Origin: Macrostomum lignano
Lineage: Eukaryota
Direction: 5' to 3'
Length of the DNA stretch: 64,000 bases
Assembly (NCBI GenBank): GCA_002269645.1
Contig: NIVC01000184.1
Span: 372,001-436,000, forward strand
In this document: one piece after another, positions 1 to 14,129 of the stretch
How the letters are laid out: each line of letters starts with the position of its first letter
Numbering within the stretch: position 1 is the first letter of the stretch
Notes under the pieces: generated by a model
The model's database searches: none
Seen by the model: only the letters and a program-made list of their open reading frames with translations
Told to the model about the DNA's origin: nothing
Made by a program: the position numbers and the translations under genes

Positions 1-1246
1 TGACTTTTGAACTTCATCATGTTTTCTAGTGATATTTTCTAGTGAAAATTACTTTAACGAACGAAAGAGGAAAATTGCCGATAAGCCTATAAAGCTAAAG
101 CCTAAAGGCTATAGCGGAGTATAGGACATGATTATTATCCTAAGCTGTGAGGCTAAATAAATTCTAAATTAAAAATAAAAAAACGCAATAGACAAAGATG
201 ACATTAATTAGGACTAAGTAGTCACTGTACTACTACTACTACTACTAGCTAGTGCTGGCGCTAGTTTACGGCTACGGGACGTTTCGGTGAACAGACGTTA
301 GGTTAAAGGATCATTTTCGGTTAAAAATCCAAAAAAAAGTTTATAAATAATAAATAATAAAACATTGTGCTACAAGTCAAATGCTACTTTTTAGCACAAA
401 ATTCACCATTAAGCTGTAAAGAAAAGCTTATTTGTTATAGTGCCGTTAACTAAAAAAGTAACGTCCTTTACTGCTATATGTTAGCGTGAGGTCCCCCGTG
501 CAGCAATCCGACATTTGGCGACGTCGCTAAACGTTTCCGACACTTATAGAAATCTGCAAGTATGACAGACATGCACTTTTACATAAAACTGACGTTTAAC
601 CGACGTATGACGTCGCGATGTAATGTAAATTGAAAAGTATGTGTACATTATGTTGTCAGACGTCGATTTCTTCAACAGCCACCCCAGATTGATGTACGGG
701 TGGCTGTTATGTTATTTTGGATCTTATAAATATAAGCTCTGCTTCTCACCATTGCGTGAGTGAATAGTTATAGTACTCCAAGGCATTTTGACAAATATAT
801 GCACATGTACAGTGTACGTACATGTAGATGCATGCACGCAATTGAGCTCGATATCTTGCAGCTGCTCATAAATTGATGAACGAAAATTTCCGTCGAGTAT
901 AACGCAATCATATGAATCTTTATTTTTTCTGTGGCCATTTTTGTTTTCTATACTTTTTCTCGATGGTTATTTTTTCGAAACTTTATCCGTTTAATTTCCT
1001 ACCTTTATCCGAAACAACCAGTTTTTTCGATAATATTACTACTATATAACCGAAACGTCCCGTTGCCCTAGTTTACTAGTTAGCTTTAGCTAGTCAAATA
1101 TTTTGGATGTACATGTACGAGCTAGATTAATGAGTTGCGATAAGCTGCCCTCGATCTAGAGGCCAGTTGAATTTAACGTGCGCATCTGTAGTTATGCCAC
1201 TACTTCTATAGTTGTGGGCTATAATTATCCTAGACTACATGATTAC

Positions 1247-1463
1247 CAGTAGTAGATTCTAGAGGTCTTAGGGGGTACACGACTTTTTACACGTCAAAAA
1301 ACGCGGCCACACGCGGAACAGCCACACACCGAAAAACCACGTTAAACAATTATTTGATCTAAATCAGTTGTGTAAGCGTGTAATTAAAGTGACTGTACGA
1401 GGCCAAAACCTTAGCTATGCAATCCGCTAGCTCCCTACTTTAAAAATCCTGGATCAGCCACTG
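1247..1463. mobile_element. Possible hAT-like MITE
   Basis: Imperfect TIRs CAGTAGTAGATTCTAG (1247) and, reverse-complemented, CAGTGGCTGATCCAGG (ending 1463); no TSD found. Confidence 0.3.
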
Positions 1464-1546
1464 CCTCCAGATGTCGAGGAGTGCAGATTGTGATGAGGAC
1501 GCACTTTTTCCCAAATTCCACGCTAGCACATGCGCTCTAAACTTGC

Positions 1547-3442
1547 TAGCCTACTAACAGCAGGCTAGCAAGCTTTTTTTTGTTTTCGTAATTTTTCTAG
1601 AATTCATACTAGTAGGACTTTTGTAGCTTTATGAATCTGCCATACTTGTAGTTATAAAAACATGGGCGCGGTTTTTTGCGGCTTTCGGGTCATAAATTAT
1701 TGCTTTTGAGCTGGTCTGACAGCCACCTGCGCCTCACTCAATGCTGAGGCTGGCGCCATGCAGATGGTCTGAGGGGATGCGGGCGGTAGCTTTTTTCTCA
1801 TCATTTATGACAGGCCATCAGATTTATGAGGTCAGGGCCTATTGTTCGTGTTCACTCAAGCGTTCATTGACAGTTCTGACAGCTATGCGTTTTACCCCTA
1901 AAAGTACTTTGGGATTAGTGAATTCTCTTCATCATCTTCACTTTCTACTTAATAAAACCTTTCTAACGTATTTTTTTCATAATTTTTGTAATTCCTACGC
2001 GAAAGGTCATAAACCATTGTGCAGCGATGTTGAGAGATTTATGACCGCACCTGTCGTATTTTTATGGCCCCAAAGGAACTGATAGGATCTCTTGGTCACG
2101 TGAGTTTGGGTGGCAACAAGCTCGGCCAATCAGAAAATTCCACGTCAGTTATAACAAATCGGCTCAGCCAATCAGAATCGAGGTATTCCATTATAACAAA
2201 TTGCGGTCCAGTTGGCGGCTTTTTAAACCGATGTTTAAAAAATGACTGCCAGATTTAACCTTCTCACTGAATCACTTCACACTTCAGATTGAATCGGAGT
2301 AATTAGACTACTAACAGTATTATTGAATGATTTCTGCCTCAATAACAGCACTGCTGAACAAAATGAGCAAAAGTGCGCGCCTAATCCAGCTACTGAAATA
2401 GGGGACAGATAAGGAATCACCCAATCAAGCAAGTCTAGGTAGCCTCTCACCCAACCAATCAGAAACTCAATAGCCGGAGACCAGGTAATCCACCGTGACC
2501 GAATCAGCTTAGTGCTTCGCAGCTGTAGGCCCGGGACGATTCTGTCACAATCGCTGCAGATAGCCAGCAGGTGATTTTCTTAACCTCGATGTTTGATGCA
2601 GTCGACCGGGTGAGACGTCCTTGATGATGAGGGGGGTTGTCGCAATCCGGGGATCAAGAGACGACGGTGGTGACTCCGGAATGGGAGCCGCCACCGTAAA
2701 GCGGGTCGAGTCCCCGGAGCCCGAAGGCGTAGAACAGTCGAGTCCGAGCGGGCCAAAAACATCGGTTTAAGTAGCCGCCAACTGGACCGCAATTTGTTAA
2801 AATGGAACACTTCGACACTGATTGGCTGAGCCGATTTGTTATAACTGACGTGGAATTTTCTGATTGGCTGAGCTTGTTGCCACCCAAACTCACGTGACCA
2901 GTTCCCTAGGGGCCATAAAAATACGCCAGGTGTTGTCATAAATGATTCAACATCGCTGCACAATGATTTATGACCTTTCGCGTAGGAATTACAACAAATA
3001 ATGAAAAAACATGCATTAGAAAGATCTTATTAAGTAGAAGATGAAGATGGTGAAGAGAAATCGCTAATCGCCAATCCCAAAGTACTTTTAGGGGTTAAAA
3101 GCGTAGCTGTCAGAGCTGTCACACGCTTGAGTGAACACGAACAATAGGCCCTGACCTCATAAATCTGATGGCGTGTCGAAAATGATGAGAAAAAGCTACC
3201 GCCCGCATCCTCTCAGTCCATGTGGCGCCAGCCTCAACTCTGAATGAGGCGCTGGTGGCTGTTAGACCAGCTCACAAGCAATGATTTATGATCCCAAAAG
3301 TAGCGAAAACCGCGCCTATATTATAGTGACTACAGGTATGGCAAAATCATATAGCTAAAGAAATTCTAGTAGTATGAATTCTAGGAAAATTACATAAAAG
3401 GAAGAAAAATGCCGATAGCCTGCTCTCAGTGATCAGTAGCCT
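1547..3442. mobile_element. Non-autonomous foldback-type DNA element with ~690 bp TIRs (TAG...CTA hairpin termini, Academ-like)
   Basis: 1547-2237 is the reverse complement of ~2755-3442 at high identity, with a ~520 bp non-coding core between them. The terminus TAGCCTACTAACAGCAGGCTA is itself a hairpin. Second copy at 47726-49355. Confidence 0.85.
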
Positions 3443-4139
3443 GATCAAGATTTACGATGATTGTCAGCCCATTTACCAGCGGTGTGTATATTTTACAATA
3501 AACTGCCATTTGGTAGTTTAGAAATTATAAACAGAGTATATAGCTTGAGTAACATGCAGTGCGCCTTCAAATTCAGTAAGGGATCGAAGAATTCGGTCCA
3601 AAAGGAACATGAGAAGGTCGCGGAACGCATGTACATGCACACGAGTAGACGAAATAACGCATGTAGAAAATTGTTCAAAAAATAATAAGCAGTGCTTATA
3701 TTTGAGATTCTCAGTTCACAGCCAGTGGAATTTCATTGTAATAATTATTCCATTACCATAAATGAATGCAAAACACTAAACCCATCGAGTTTATCTGATA
3801 GAGATACGAGCTAAACTATAATGCACTTTTAGAACGCAGAAATTTAAAACGCAATATGCCTATACGATGGTATTTAATGTTTTCCCACGTACAATTGTAG
3901 GTTATTTCTTTCCATGAACTGTGAGCAATATATTGTAAAGGGTCTGTCGACTGAAGCTCATAAGTTGGAGTCCCTAATTGTCCCCTTGCTAGTTCTGTTC
4001 TATCCCAGGCCCAGGTTTTTGTCACTTTTTGCCAAACCCAGCTTTCTGGTGTCACTGTGAGTATAATGACCTATCATTTGTGTACATAGGCCCCACTCTA
4101 TGAGCTTTAGTTGACAGGTCCTTCAACAGCAATAACAAG

Positions 4140-4904
4140 CTAAACATCTGAAATGAGAGGTGCCCTACTGGAGGCCGAGTGGTTTCTTTGCCGTCGCAGT
4201 CTCCATCGGCCAGCTGCACCGTCGAGTCCCGTCGAATTGCATCCAAACGGCTCCGATTGATCGTCGTCAAGCGAGTGAATCGGTGGCATCTCGATGACCA
4301 CTTCGCCAGGCGATCGAATGGACATCTGATCGGATTGATAGCCGCCGTTGCCACCTCCGCGACCACCAACGATTCGAACTGCCGTCGTGTCGAATTCGAT
4401 CATCGACTGGCGACGCGCATAGTCCGACACCTCCAACTTGATCACGTTCTGCCTGCCAGTAAACTCGCTGGCGTTGAATTCGCGCGCAATGTCGATGCCT
4501 TTTCGAACGATGTCTTCCAGTTTGACGCTTTCGCTGCTGCCAGTCGAGGCTGCCGATAAAGTTTTGCTTCCGCGGGATGCGGCAAGACTCAGCAGTGTCG
4601 CTTTCTTTGGCTGAGGCCGAGTCTGGGGCTTTGTTGGCATCGGTGCCGGCTGTGCCTGCTCAGCTGACGTCTCCAACGGAGCCGGAATGATTCCATCTTC
4701 GTCGCTGATTGTGCGATCCATCTTCAGAGCGGCTACTAATTCGGAGTCCGTAATAATAGAATTGGCGGCAGAAACGCCCTGACAACTGCCGTAGTATCTG
4801 TGTCTATTTTGCGTTCGCAGCAGAGCTGTGCGGTCTGATGTGCTTAGAGGCGTGCTCTGGTCGACTGCACCGCGGCTCGGGCTAACCAACTCGGCCGAGA
4901 ACAT
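4140..4904 (-). CDS. Orphan 254-aa ORF, S/P/G-rich and probably disordered (single exon or terminal exon)
   Basis: ATG start, GC-rich stop-free 765 bp in AT-rich surroundings; no recognisable domain. Confidence 0.55.
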   Translation of the reverse strand: MFSAELVSPSRGAVDQSTPLSTSDRTALLRTQNRHRYYGSCQGVSAANSIITDSELVAALKMDRTISDEDGIIPAPLETSAEQAQPAPMPTKPQTRPQPKKATLLSLAASRGSKTLSAASTGSSESVKLEDIVRKGIDIAREFNASEFTGRQNVIKLEVSDYARRQSMIEFDTTAVRIVGGRGGGNGGYQSDQMSIRSPGEVVIEMPPIHSLDDDQSEPFGCNSTGLDGAAGRWRLRRQRNHSASSRAPLISDV

Positions 4905-5272
4905 AACAACTTTTGTAGCTAGCCAAGTTATATAGGACTGAGAATTGCAGTGCAGTGCCGTGCCGTGCAGTCCCCGAAAACGCGTTTGTACGCCAGTTAT
5001 TCTAGGAAAGGCAAAAATTTAGATTTGCAACTTGGCCTGCGAGCAGTTCAGAGGAGAGAAGGGTTGCGACAGATCGAACGAGAGCAGCGCTCTAGGGGTG
5101 GAGGGAAGGGGGTGTCGTGCAGTCCGGTGCACGTGGAATCGAAAAAAGCTGCTTTGGCCTATTTTGAAGTTACAGGGCAATTGGCACAATGTGCGCATAT
5201 AATTTAATCTATACTATTTGGTGCGTAATTCAAATCGTGTATGTACGTGCATGCAATAACTGCTTGAATCCG

Positions 5273-5385
5273 GTTCACGTTACCGCCAGTAGCTCCGCAA
5301 TCAATGTGAAGTCAGTTCAGGTCCGTCTTTTAAAAATTGATTGGAGCAATCTTTGACCCACGGAGCTACTGGCGGTAACGTGAAC
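5273..5385. repeat. Perfect 25-bp inverted repeat with 63-bp spacer (mini-MITE or hairpin)
   Basis: GTTCACGTTACCGCCAGTAGCTCCG at 5273-5297 and its exact reverse complement at 5361-5385. Confidence 0.85.
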
Positions 5386-5567
5386 AAAGCAATATACTCG
5401 TACTACCAGGTAGTTAATGCAGCTAGCAGTGAGCACAATAGTTTTCATATTGTAGTACAAGTACGAGCTAATAATAATCGTATTAAAGATTTTCTATTGA
5501 ATATCGTCGGCTGCTCGTTAGATTTTATGGGCATGGTAGTTGTCAGACGCATTCAAAACTTATTTTT

Positions 5568-6214
<647 letters not shown>

Positions 6215-7299
6215 TAGAGGAACACGCCTAGTTTCATTGGATATCAAATCATAATTTAACTTACCTGCAGATTTTTTCCAGCAATAGGATTAAATATATT
6301 TAGGAAACATTGTTAGCTAGGCGGCTTAAATTTTCAGGTAAAAGTTTAATTAAATGAAGGCACAAAGGAAGGCTATATATAGAGGGTAAGACAGCAAAAT
6401 GTGCGTGTATGCAGTTGATAACAAGCGCTATGGCTAGTAGCCCTTACCTTTCAGAGGAATGAACGCATTGCAGTAGCTACTTCTGCAAGTACATGCTTAT
6501 AACCTTGAGCACAAACGCGAAAAGACAAAAAAATTAAACTATACTCTGTGTGGTTGAATACGCAGGCTCGAATATCTGAACAAATCAGAAGATCTTAGGC
6601 GTGGTGAGAGTTGCAATGTAAGAGTCCTATAGTTCTGTCTGTAAATCACCGCCTCTACTGTGCGTTCTCTCAGAATTGTAGTTGTCTGTACAGCCTTAAA
6701 TATGGCTATAACTCATTTTCTTCTCAAAGCAAACGAAAGCAAGCAGGAAAGAAAACTATAGCCACTCAGATGGCTGAGAGGTTTCAACGTGAGACCACTG
6801 CTGGGGTTGTAGGCTTGTGCTTCTCAGAGCAGTAGAGAGTGAGGTAGAGATTAGAATGGAGGTTTGTGGGTGCACGTTTTGGAATTGATTGACTGCTTCA
6901 GCTCATGCATTTGCCTGTACCTATCTCTCTCTGTCACTTCCCTCCCGATCTTGAACTGAGCTAAGGAAATAATTGTCTCACTGCAGCGAAGGGGCTACAA
7001 AATCTGCCGTTCTCAAGCCGTAGACCGCACGTGCAGTTTGCACGCATTTTGCTTGCTTCAGACCACGATCAATCGTAAATGTACTGTGTCTCATTCAAGT
7101 CATTCAAGTACCAGTAGCACAGCTCGACTCATTGGTTTTATGTGTCTATTTTGGTCATTCTTGGCTCATTGACAAAATAATAAAACAGATTCATGAAATC
7201 ACTGAGTCTAGTGGCCATTTTTATGATTTTTAGGCACAAGACGTGTAGGTTGAATAGTACACGGCGCCCTCTGATTTTCCCATTAACGCCCGCAAAGCA

Positions 7300-8620
7300 T
7301 GGGTATTGCTATTATTGTGCCATAGACATTTGTGTCCTTGACAAAGTGGGATAGAATAATCGGGCGTTAAATGTCATTAAACTACAGATATGATGGTTCA
7401 CACTAAATTCCTAGGCTCCTTCTTTTCTAGTAGAACGATAGTCTATGGCCAAACCTCACTAAAAAACTAAGCCTGAGAACTCAAAACGAGGCCTGTTAAC
7501 CGGTTAACAGGCCTAATAACAAGGCCTGAGAACATTTTAGAACGACTATAATTTGTCAGTTAGTCCATTAGAAGTATAAACTATCAACAGCAGTAAAGAC
7601 CGATTCATTCTTGCCGATTTACTCGAACATGATTTCTACGCTGTTGGTGTCACCGTGGACAGTCATGCGCATCTTCTTGGTAGTACCCTCAGACACGACA
7701 TCTTGCTCATTGGTCCGCCCATTGGACTCCACGGCTCCTCCGGCGTGTAGAGCGTAGGTCATACGCGAATGATCCTGGACGTCTAGCCGTATGTACCTCT
7801 CTATTGCGTTGGACGAATGTCCAGTGACGCGGGCTATATCGTCCCTAGCCAGTCCAGCCCGATGCAACCTGCTGGCACAAGTCTTCCTTAGAGACTGGTT
7901 TGAGAATTTACCATCCGTAGACACGGGTTTGGTGATATTCGCCACAATTGGAGTCGAGAGTATGCCGGCCGATAGGTAGACACAGATAGACCGCAGGCGT
8001 CTCCATGAAGCAGTTTGGTTTGCCTCTCCTGAAACCAGTCGTCAAATTGCTTTAGTGCCCATCGTTCCTTCCGGCGTGTCGATTGCGGCACAGCAGCGTC
8101 AATCCTTTCAGCAAACTCGTTATCGGACAGTAAAGCAAATCTAGAAGCCTCGTTTTCTCTCAATTCAATGTCATTCAACCAGTCGAAAGCGAGTTCCAAG
8201 TCGTGTTCCATGATTCTCAGTTCTCTCTGATTTCCTGTAGCTGCCCAAACCTTTCCTTTCTCGCTTTTAATTTAAGCATCGAATCTTTTACTTTAATTTT
8301 TGTCTATGGTTAAATGTGGGGGCTGCGCCCCCACACCCCCGCTTTTGACGAATACCTCTCTCCCACTCCCAGTCGCTTCCAATATCTGTAGATTAAGTAC
8401 GATCTTCGTCTGTTCTTTTGGTGTCTATGGCAGAAAGACGTCGGAGGCAATTCTAAGGCCTCGGCTTCGCCTCGGCCTGAGAACAGCGTCCTCGGCCTTT
8501 CTCTGCCATAGGAACCAAAAGAACAGACAAATAGTCTATACTTAACTGCCCGCTAATTTGCATTAAAGTAAGTTCCTGCAAGCGGCTTAAATGTAGTCTA
8601 TGGCATTAAAAGGCAAGAAT
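7300..8620 (-). mobile_element. Crypton-like tyrosine-recombinase DNA transposon, internally deleted
   Basis: YR remnant at 7619-8211 flanked by palindromes, GCCTGAGAAC repeats and several GTCTATGG motifs; boundaries approximate. Confidence 0.65.
7619..8211 (-). pseudogene. DUF3504/Crypton tyrosine recombinase remnant (N-terminus fused to catalytic C-terminus)
   Basis: The N-terminal part RFALLSDNEF...STRRKERWALKQFDDWFQER (8211-~7985) joins out of frame to NQSLRKTCASRLHRAG...IARVTGHS...IERY (7945-7619), the H(Q)SLR...TGH...Y catalytic box; the middle of the domain is missing. Confidence 0.8.
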
Positions 8621-9713
8621 AAGTGCCCAGCGGGCACAAAGGTCATGGTACAATATAAAAAATTACCATAGAATCCTTATTTTCTAAACGAAAAGCTTTT
8701 TGAATGTCAAGAAGAACCAAGGCAAGACATATCAGAAGATGAACACTGAGTCTCCTTTCTATCGAAAGCAGTAACAACTTTTTGTGCTGAAAAATGAAAA
8801 AAATGAAAAAACTTCAGTAGTCCTTGGCTCTCAGACGCACTTACCAAATAGAATTGGTAACAGCTTGTACAAAAATTAGCAATAAACTGCTAATACATAG
8901 TTCTACGTACTCATAAGACGTAGCTACATGTACAACTGCAGTGTTAACGCTCGAGCAAGATTTCTTGTTGCTAGACGTGAGTGGCTATCGCGACTAACTT
9001 TGATGTTATGACTTCTGAAAAAAACACAAACCGATTTATCTCACTATCAGCCGTGTAAACAGATGCGAGCGCATTATGAGAGTTAAAAGGGCTCAGATTT
9101 AATCGCACCGAACTATCGGAAGTTAAAAATTAACTATACAAACTTTGAGTCATAATTTATTGTGCGCTTTGAATTAAATAGGACTAATCAAAAGGATTTT
9201 TTTAATGCAAAAAGATTGTAAAACTTTGTTTAAACCCATTTAAGCGTTGTTAGCGTAAGTACTGTAAATGTTAGTACAACAGTACAGCATGTGGTTCTGA
9301 TTTTTTTACAAATGTCTGTTCTAGATCTCACATCGTCAGAAGTAATTAGCTAACGACAAAAAGGTAGATAGAGGAGGAGAGGGATGAAACTTCCCATTCT
9401 CTACAGCTCAGATAAATGACAGGAAAAATGGCAAATATAGAAATCTTATATGCATTATGCATACACATTTATTTATAAACCGGCTTCGACTATTAGGCAG
9501 TTCGAATTTCATCAAGCCTTAGAGAGCTGAAGTACTCTTTGCCTGCAGTTGCTAATGCTTTTCATTTACCTTTGAACAGCAGCACAAAGGTATTGCCAGT
9601 GCCAGTGCAAGTTCAAGCGAAGTTGGAGAAGTGCGGGAAATGCGGCAACGGGTGGCTGATAACAAACCAGCACGATCAACGTCAACAGATAAAGATTACG
9701 TCAGATGATTGGA

Positions 9714-10760
<1,047 letters not shown>

Positions 10761-11369
10761 ACAAGATCCCAGGGTGCTCCTAGTCACTAAAAGTACTGCC
10801 AATGATTGCAAAAATGCTTTATCCCGACCCCACCCAACTGCCGCGTCAATCACAGCACACGTCGGTAAACGGAACAGTCGTTATCCAAATCTTTAGACAA
10901 GCTAAACCCCACCTGATTATCGCGCCCTGTCGAACTAGAAAAAAATTCCTCTCCAAGCTGAACTCGAGATAAATTAAAAGTGCGCTCGTCTGTCGCTAGG
11001 CAGCTTTGCTCTTAGCAACAATATTCGAACTGATTGATGAGCGGGAAGCAGTGTTGGATTAAGGCGCGCCGGACCGAATCTACAAAAAATCCTGCAAGGC
11101 CTCGTATTTGCGAGTGTGAGCCTATTGCAGGGTTGGGTATACTACATGTACGCTACGATAACAAAACCAACACGCGGAATAGAGGATCAAGAGTAACTCT
11201 CGTGTGTTCCTTTTCTTAGAGGATTTCTCAAGCGCACCTGTTAATACAATGATAAATTCCGCCGCATTTTACCCGCAATAGGTTTTCCTAGAAATTATTG
11301 AGTGCAGAGGTTGGCTCCTGTTTTACAGAAGCTTCTGTTCTGTGCAGCGGACACCTTACAGGGATAGTT

Positions 11370-11977
11370 ACCTGTCCAACAGGTATAGCGACCTGTCCAA
11401 CAGGTATAGCGACCTGTCCAACAGGTATAGCGACCTGTCCAACAGGTATAGCGACCTGTCCAACAGGTATAGCGACCTGTCTAACAGGTATAGCGACCTG
11501 TCTAACAGGTATAGTGACCTGTCTAACAGGTATAGCGACCTGTCTAACAGGTATAGCGACCTGTCCAACAGGTATAGCGACCTGTCCAACAGATATAGCG
11601 ACCTGTCTAACAGGTATAGCGACCTGTCTAACAGGTATAGTGACCTGTCTAACAGGTATAGCGACCTGTCTAACAGGTATAGCGACCTGTCCAACAGGTA
11701 TAGCGACCTGTCCAACAGATATAGTGACCTATCCAACAGGTATAGCGACCTGTACAACAGGTATAGCGACCTGTCCAACAGGTATAGCGACCTGTCCAAC
11801 AGGTATAGCGACCTGTACAACAGGTATAGCGACCTGTACAACAGGTATAGCGACCTGTCCAACAGGTATAGCGACCTGTCCAACAGGTATAGCGACCTGT
11901 ACAACAGGTATAGCGACCTGTCCAACAGGTATAGCGACCTGTCCAACAGGTATAGCGACCTGTCCAACAGGTATAGC
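11370..11977. repeat. 21-bp minisatellite with internally palindromic unit
   Basis: ~29 copies of ACCTGTCCAACAGGTATAGCG; ACCTGT and ACAGGT are reverse complements. Confidence 0.97.
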
Positions 11978-13769
11978 AAACTTGTCTCAGTGCGATACTC
12001 GTCCAAGTATTTATTTAATATTTCTTACATTTGTTGAAATTCAGCCATTATTTCAATTTAAGGAAGTCACACATGTAGTATGCATTTTTAATAAAAGGTT
12101 CATTTCTCAGCACGGTTAAATTAGATTATAGTTGCCTTGCAGTAAGACAAACAAAATGTTGTTTTTTTATAATGTCAAAAAATCTATAAATTGCATGCAT
12201 TGCGCGTCAGAATATGCGCTGCACAATCTTTGATCAAAGATTCTGTGTGCTCTGCATCTGTCTGCGTGAAAGGGAGCCGCTTATTAAGGCAGGATAGAGG
12301 GGCCACAGGGGTAGAAGGGGATTGAGATAATCGAATAATGACAGATGGCTTCATCGCGCAAGCAAGGACTCGATGAGGAGGCTGCAGGTTTCATGGACTT
12401 CTATGACGGAGCGCCTAGACTCGATATATTTTCATAAGATTTTCTCGTATAGCCAATACACTGCAGTAATGGCTGCAGATTTTCTATAACAAGAACTAAG
12501 AATAGCATCGTCTCGAAAAAACGAAATATCATATCGTTGAAAACTGATTAAGCGTCTGGTTGTAATGAAATTTGCGACGGATGATCGACGATATGATACT
12601 TCACTCCGCTAATAATACTTGTGGTTGCTTCTTGTGACGACTTAAGGTAAGACGACTCAAGAACACACGCGAGGTTACACTCTCGCGAATATTGACACAA
12701 TCTGAACTGACTTTCGTATAGACTTTCCCTGTTATGCAACTCTGTTTCAAATTTCATTTTTATCAAAATTTTAAAAAGCATATATCCTAGGATACTGTAA
12801 TACTGTAATACTGTAATACTGTAATACTGTAATACGAGGGTTGGCCCTCGCGCATGGGTGTGAATGGCACATGAACCCCCCCGGCTAATTTCTCATGCAC
12901 AACCCCAAATAATTATGATTGGCGCGCACGGAATTGAACCGGGGGTCGTGGCGAGTGAATATGACGAGTTTATCATCCGAACGAAAATTTCAGAGCATTA
13001 AAAGTCTCGAATTCGAAGGACCGACTAGCTCATTGTTTTAATTCCAGACAACTAAATTTAGGAGTCCATGGTCGGTCCGGTGCAAAACAGGCTAAGTATA
13101 TCAGCCCACAGTTGCTAGCATTGAGGCCAGCGAATCCGTGAGCAGCTCGAAACAATATCGCTTCAGCTCACCGGGGGGGGGGGGGTAGGCAGACGGGTTA
13201 GCTCACCCCTCCTGATGGGAAGTGTAGAGAGCTGGGCTATCTTCGCCTCATCACATTTGTGTACGCGCATACGATAGCACAGGAAGCAGTAAAATATATA
13301 AGGCAGGTGTGACTCGTACGAGAGCAGCTCTTGACCGAAGCACAGTACAGTCGACAGGATTTTATAATCTGGAGCGTTTCAGGTAAGAATACTCGAAATA
13401 TAAACCCCTTTCAGAAAGTGCGCCAAAAAAGCGCCCAAAGGGGTCGAAAGGGAGCCATGACTAGTCGAGTCCATGCCACCGTGAACCCATGGTCTAGTCG
13501 CGTATTTTTCCTCTAGTGGAATGCCTGACAAGTCCGCGCAAATGGGCGAGCTCATTTTTTGCATCCTTTCGGCGATAACTCTTGGCAAATTTATGAAATA
13601 AAATTTCTAACAAACAATAAATAAGTTAACGTCAGTAGGGAGATGTGAAATGGCACTTTGAATTTTAGGTGCTGATTTCCTGGTCATATCAGATAGCAGA
13701 GTTGGAAAATTAGCGGAATTTTTTGTTAACAAGCAACAGCTGCCTCTTTTGCTTCTTTAGCTAGCAGCC

Positions 13770-13989
13770 ATGCATTCGAGCCGACAGCCGCAGACGCCGC
13801 CGCCGCCGCCTCCGACTCCACCGAGCTCGACGCCGTCGTCGCAGGCTCCACAGAGGCAGGGCCAGCCGCCGCCTCTAATGCGACAAACGTCCAACGTTGA
13901 AATGCTGGTGCAAAACGAATTTGGCGTTGCTCAGGAGGTAGAGATCGACGGTGAACTGCCGGAGGCCCAGCAGATGGCCGGGCTTCGCG
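13770..13989 (+). CDS. Orphan two-exon gene, exon 1 (Pro-rich N-terminus)
   Basis: Upstream acceptor TTCTTTAG, ATG at 13770, donor G|GTGAGT after 13989 (phase 1). Confidence 0.7.
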
Positions 13990-14129
13990 GTGAGTTGCAA
14001 TTAAACAAAAAGTGACATATTTAAACAAAAATATATTGTGTTGTATTAAAAGCATTTTTAATTTAATAACTTTAAAAATATTTTAGAAGAATCCTAACAA
14101 CTACATAATACCTAGTCGATGATTTAGTT

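Noticed and set aside
674-708. 11-bp-stem hairpin as a Helitron 3' end or terminator
   Set aside because: No CTRR terminus at the expected distance, and intrinsic terminators are not meaningful here.
1741-2963. ORFs within the foldback element (also 48061-48432)
   Set aside because: They are mirror-image translations of TIR sequence, not conserved in frame between arms or copies, and have no transposase motifs.
9570-9709. Possible terminal exon ([42 protein letters not shown]-stop)
   Set aside because: Acceptor is plausible, but no upstream partner exon was identified.
11298-12119. CRISPR-like array or TGIATCP repeat protein
   Set aside because: Units are contiguous with no unique spacers, no cas genes and a eukaryotic context; the open frames follow from the 21-bp period.
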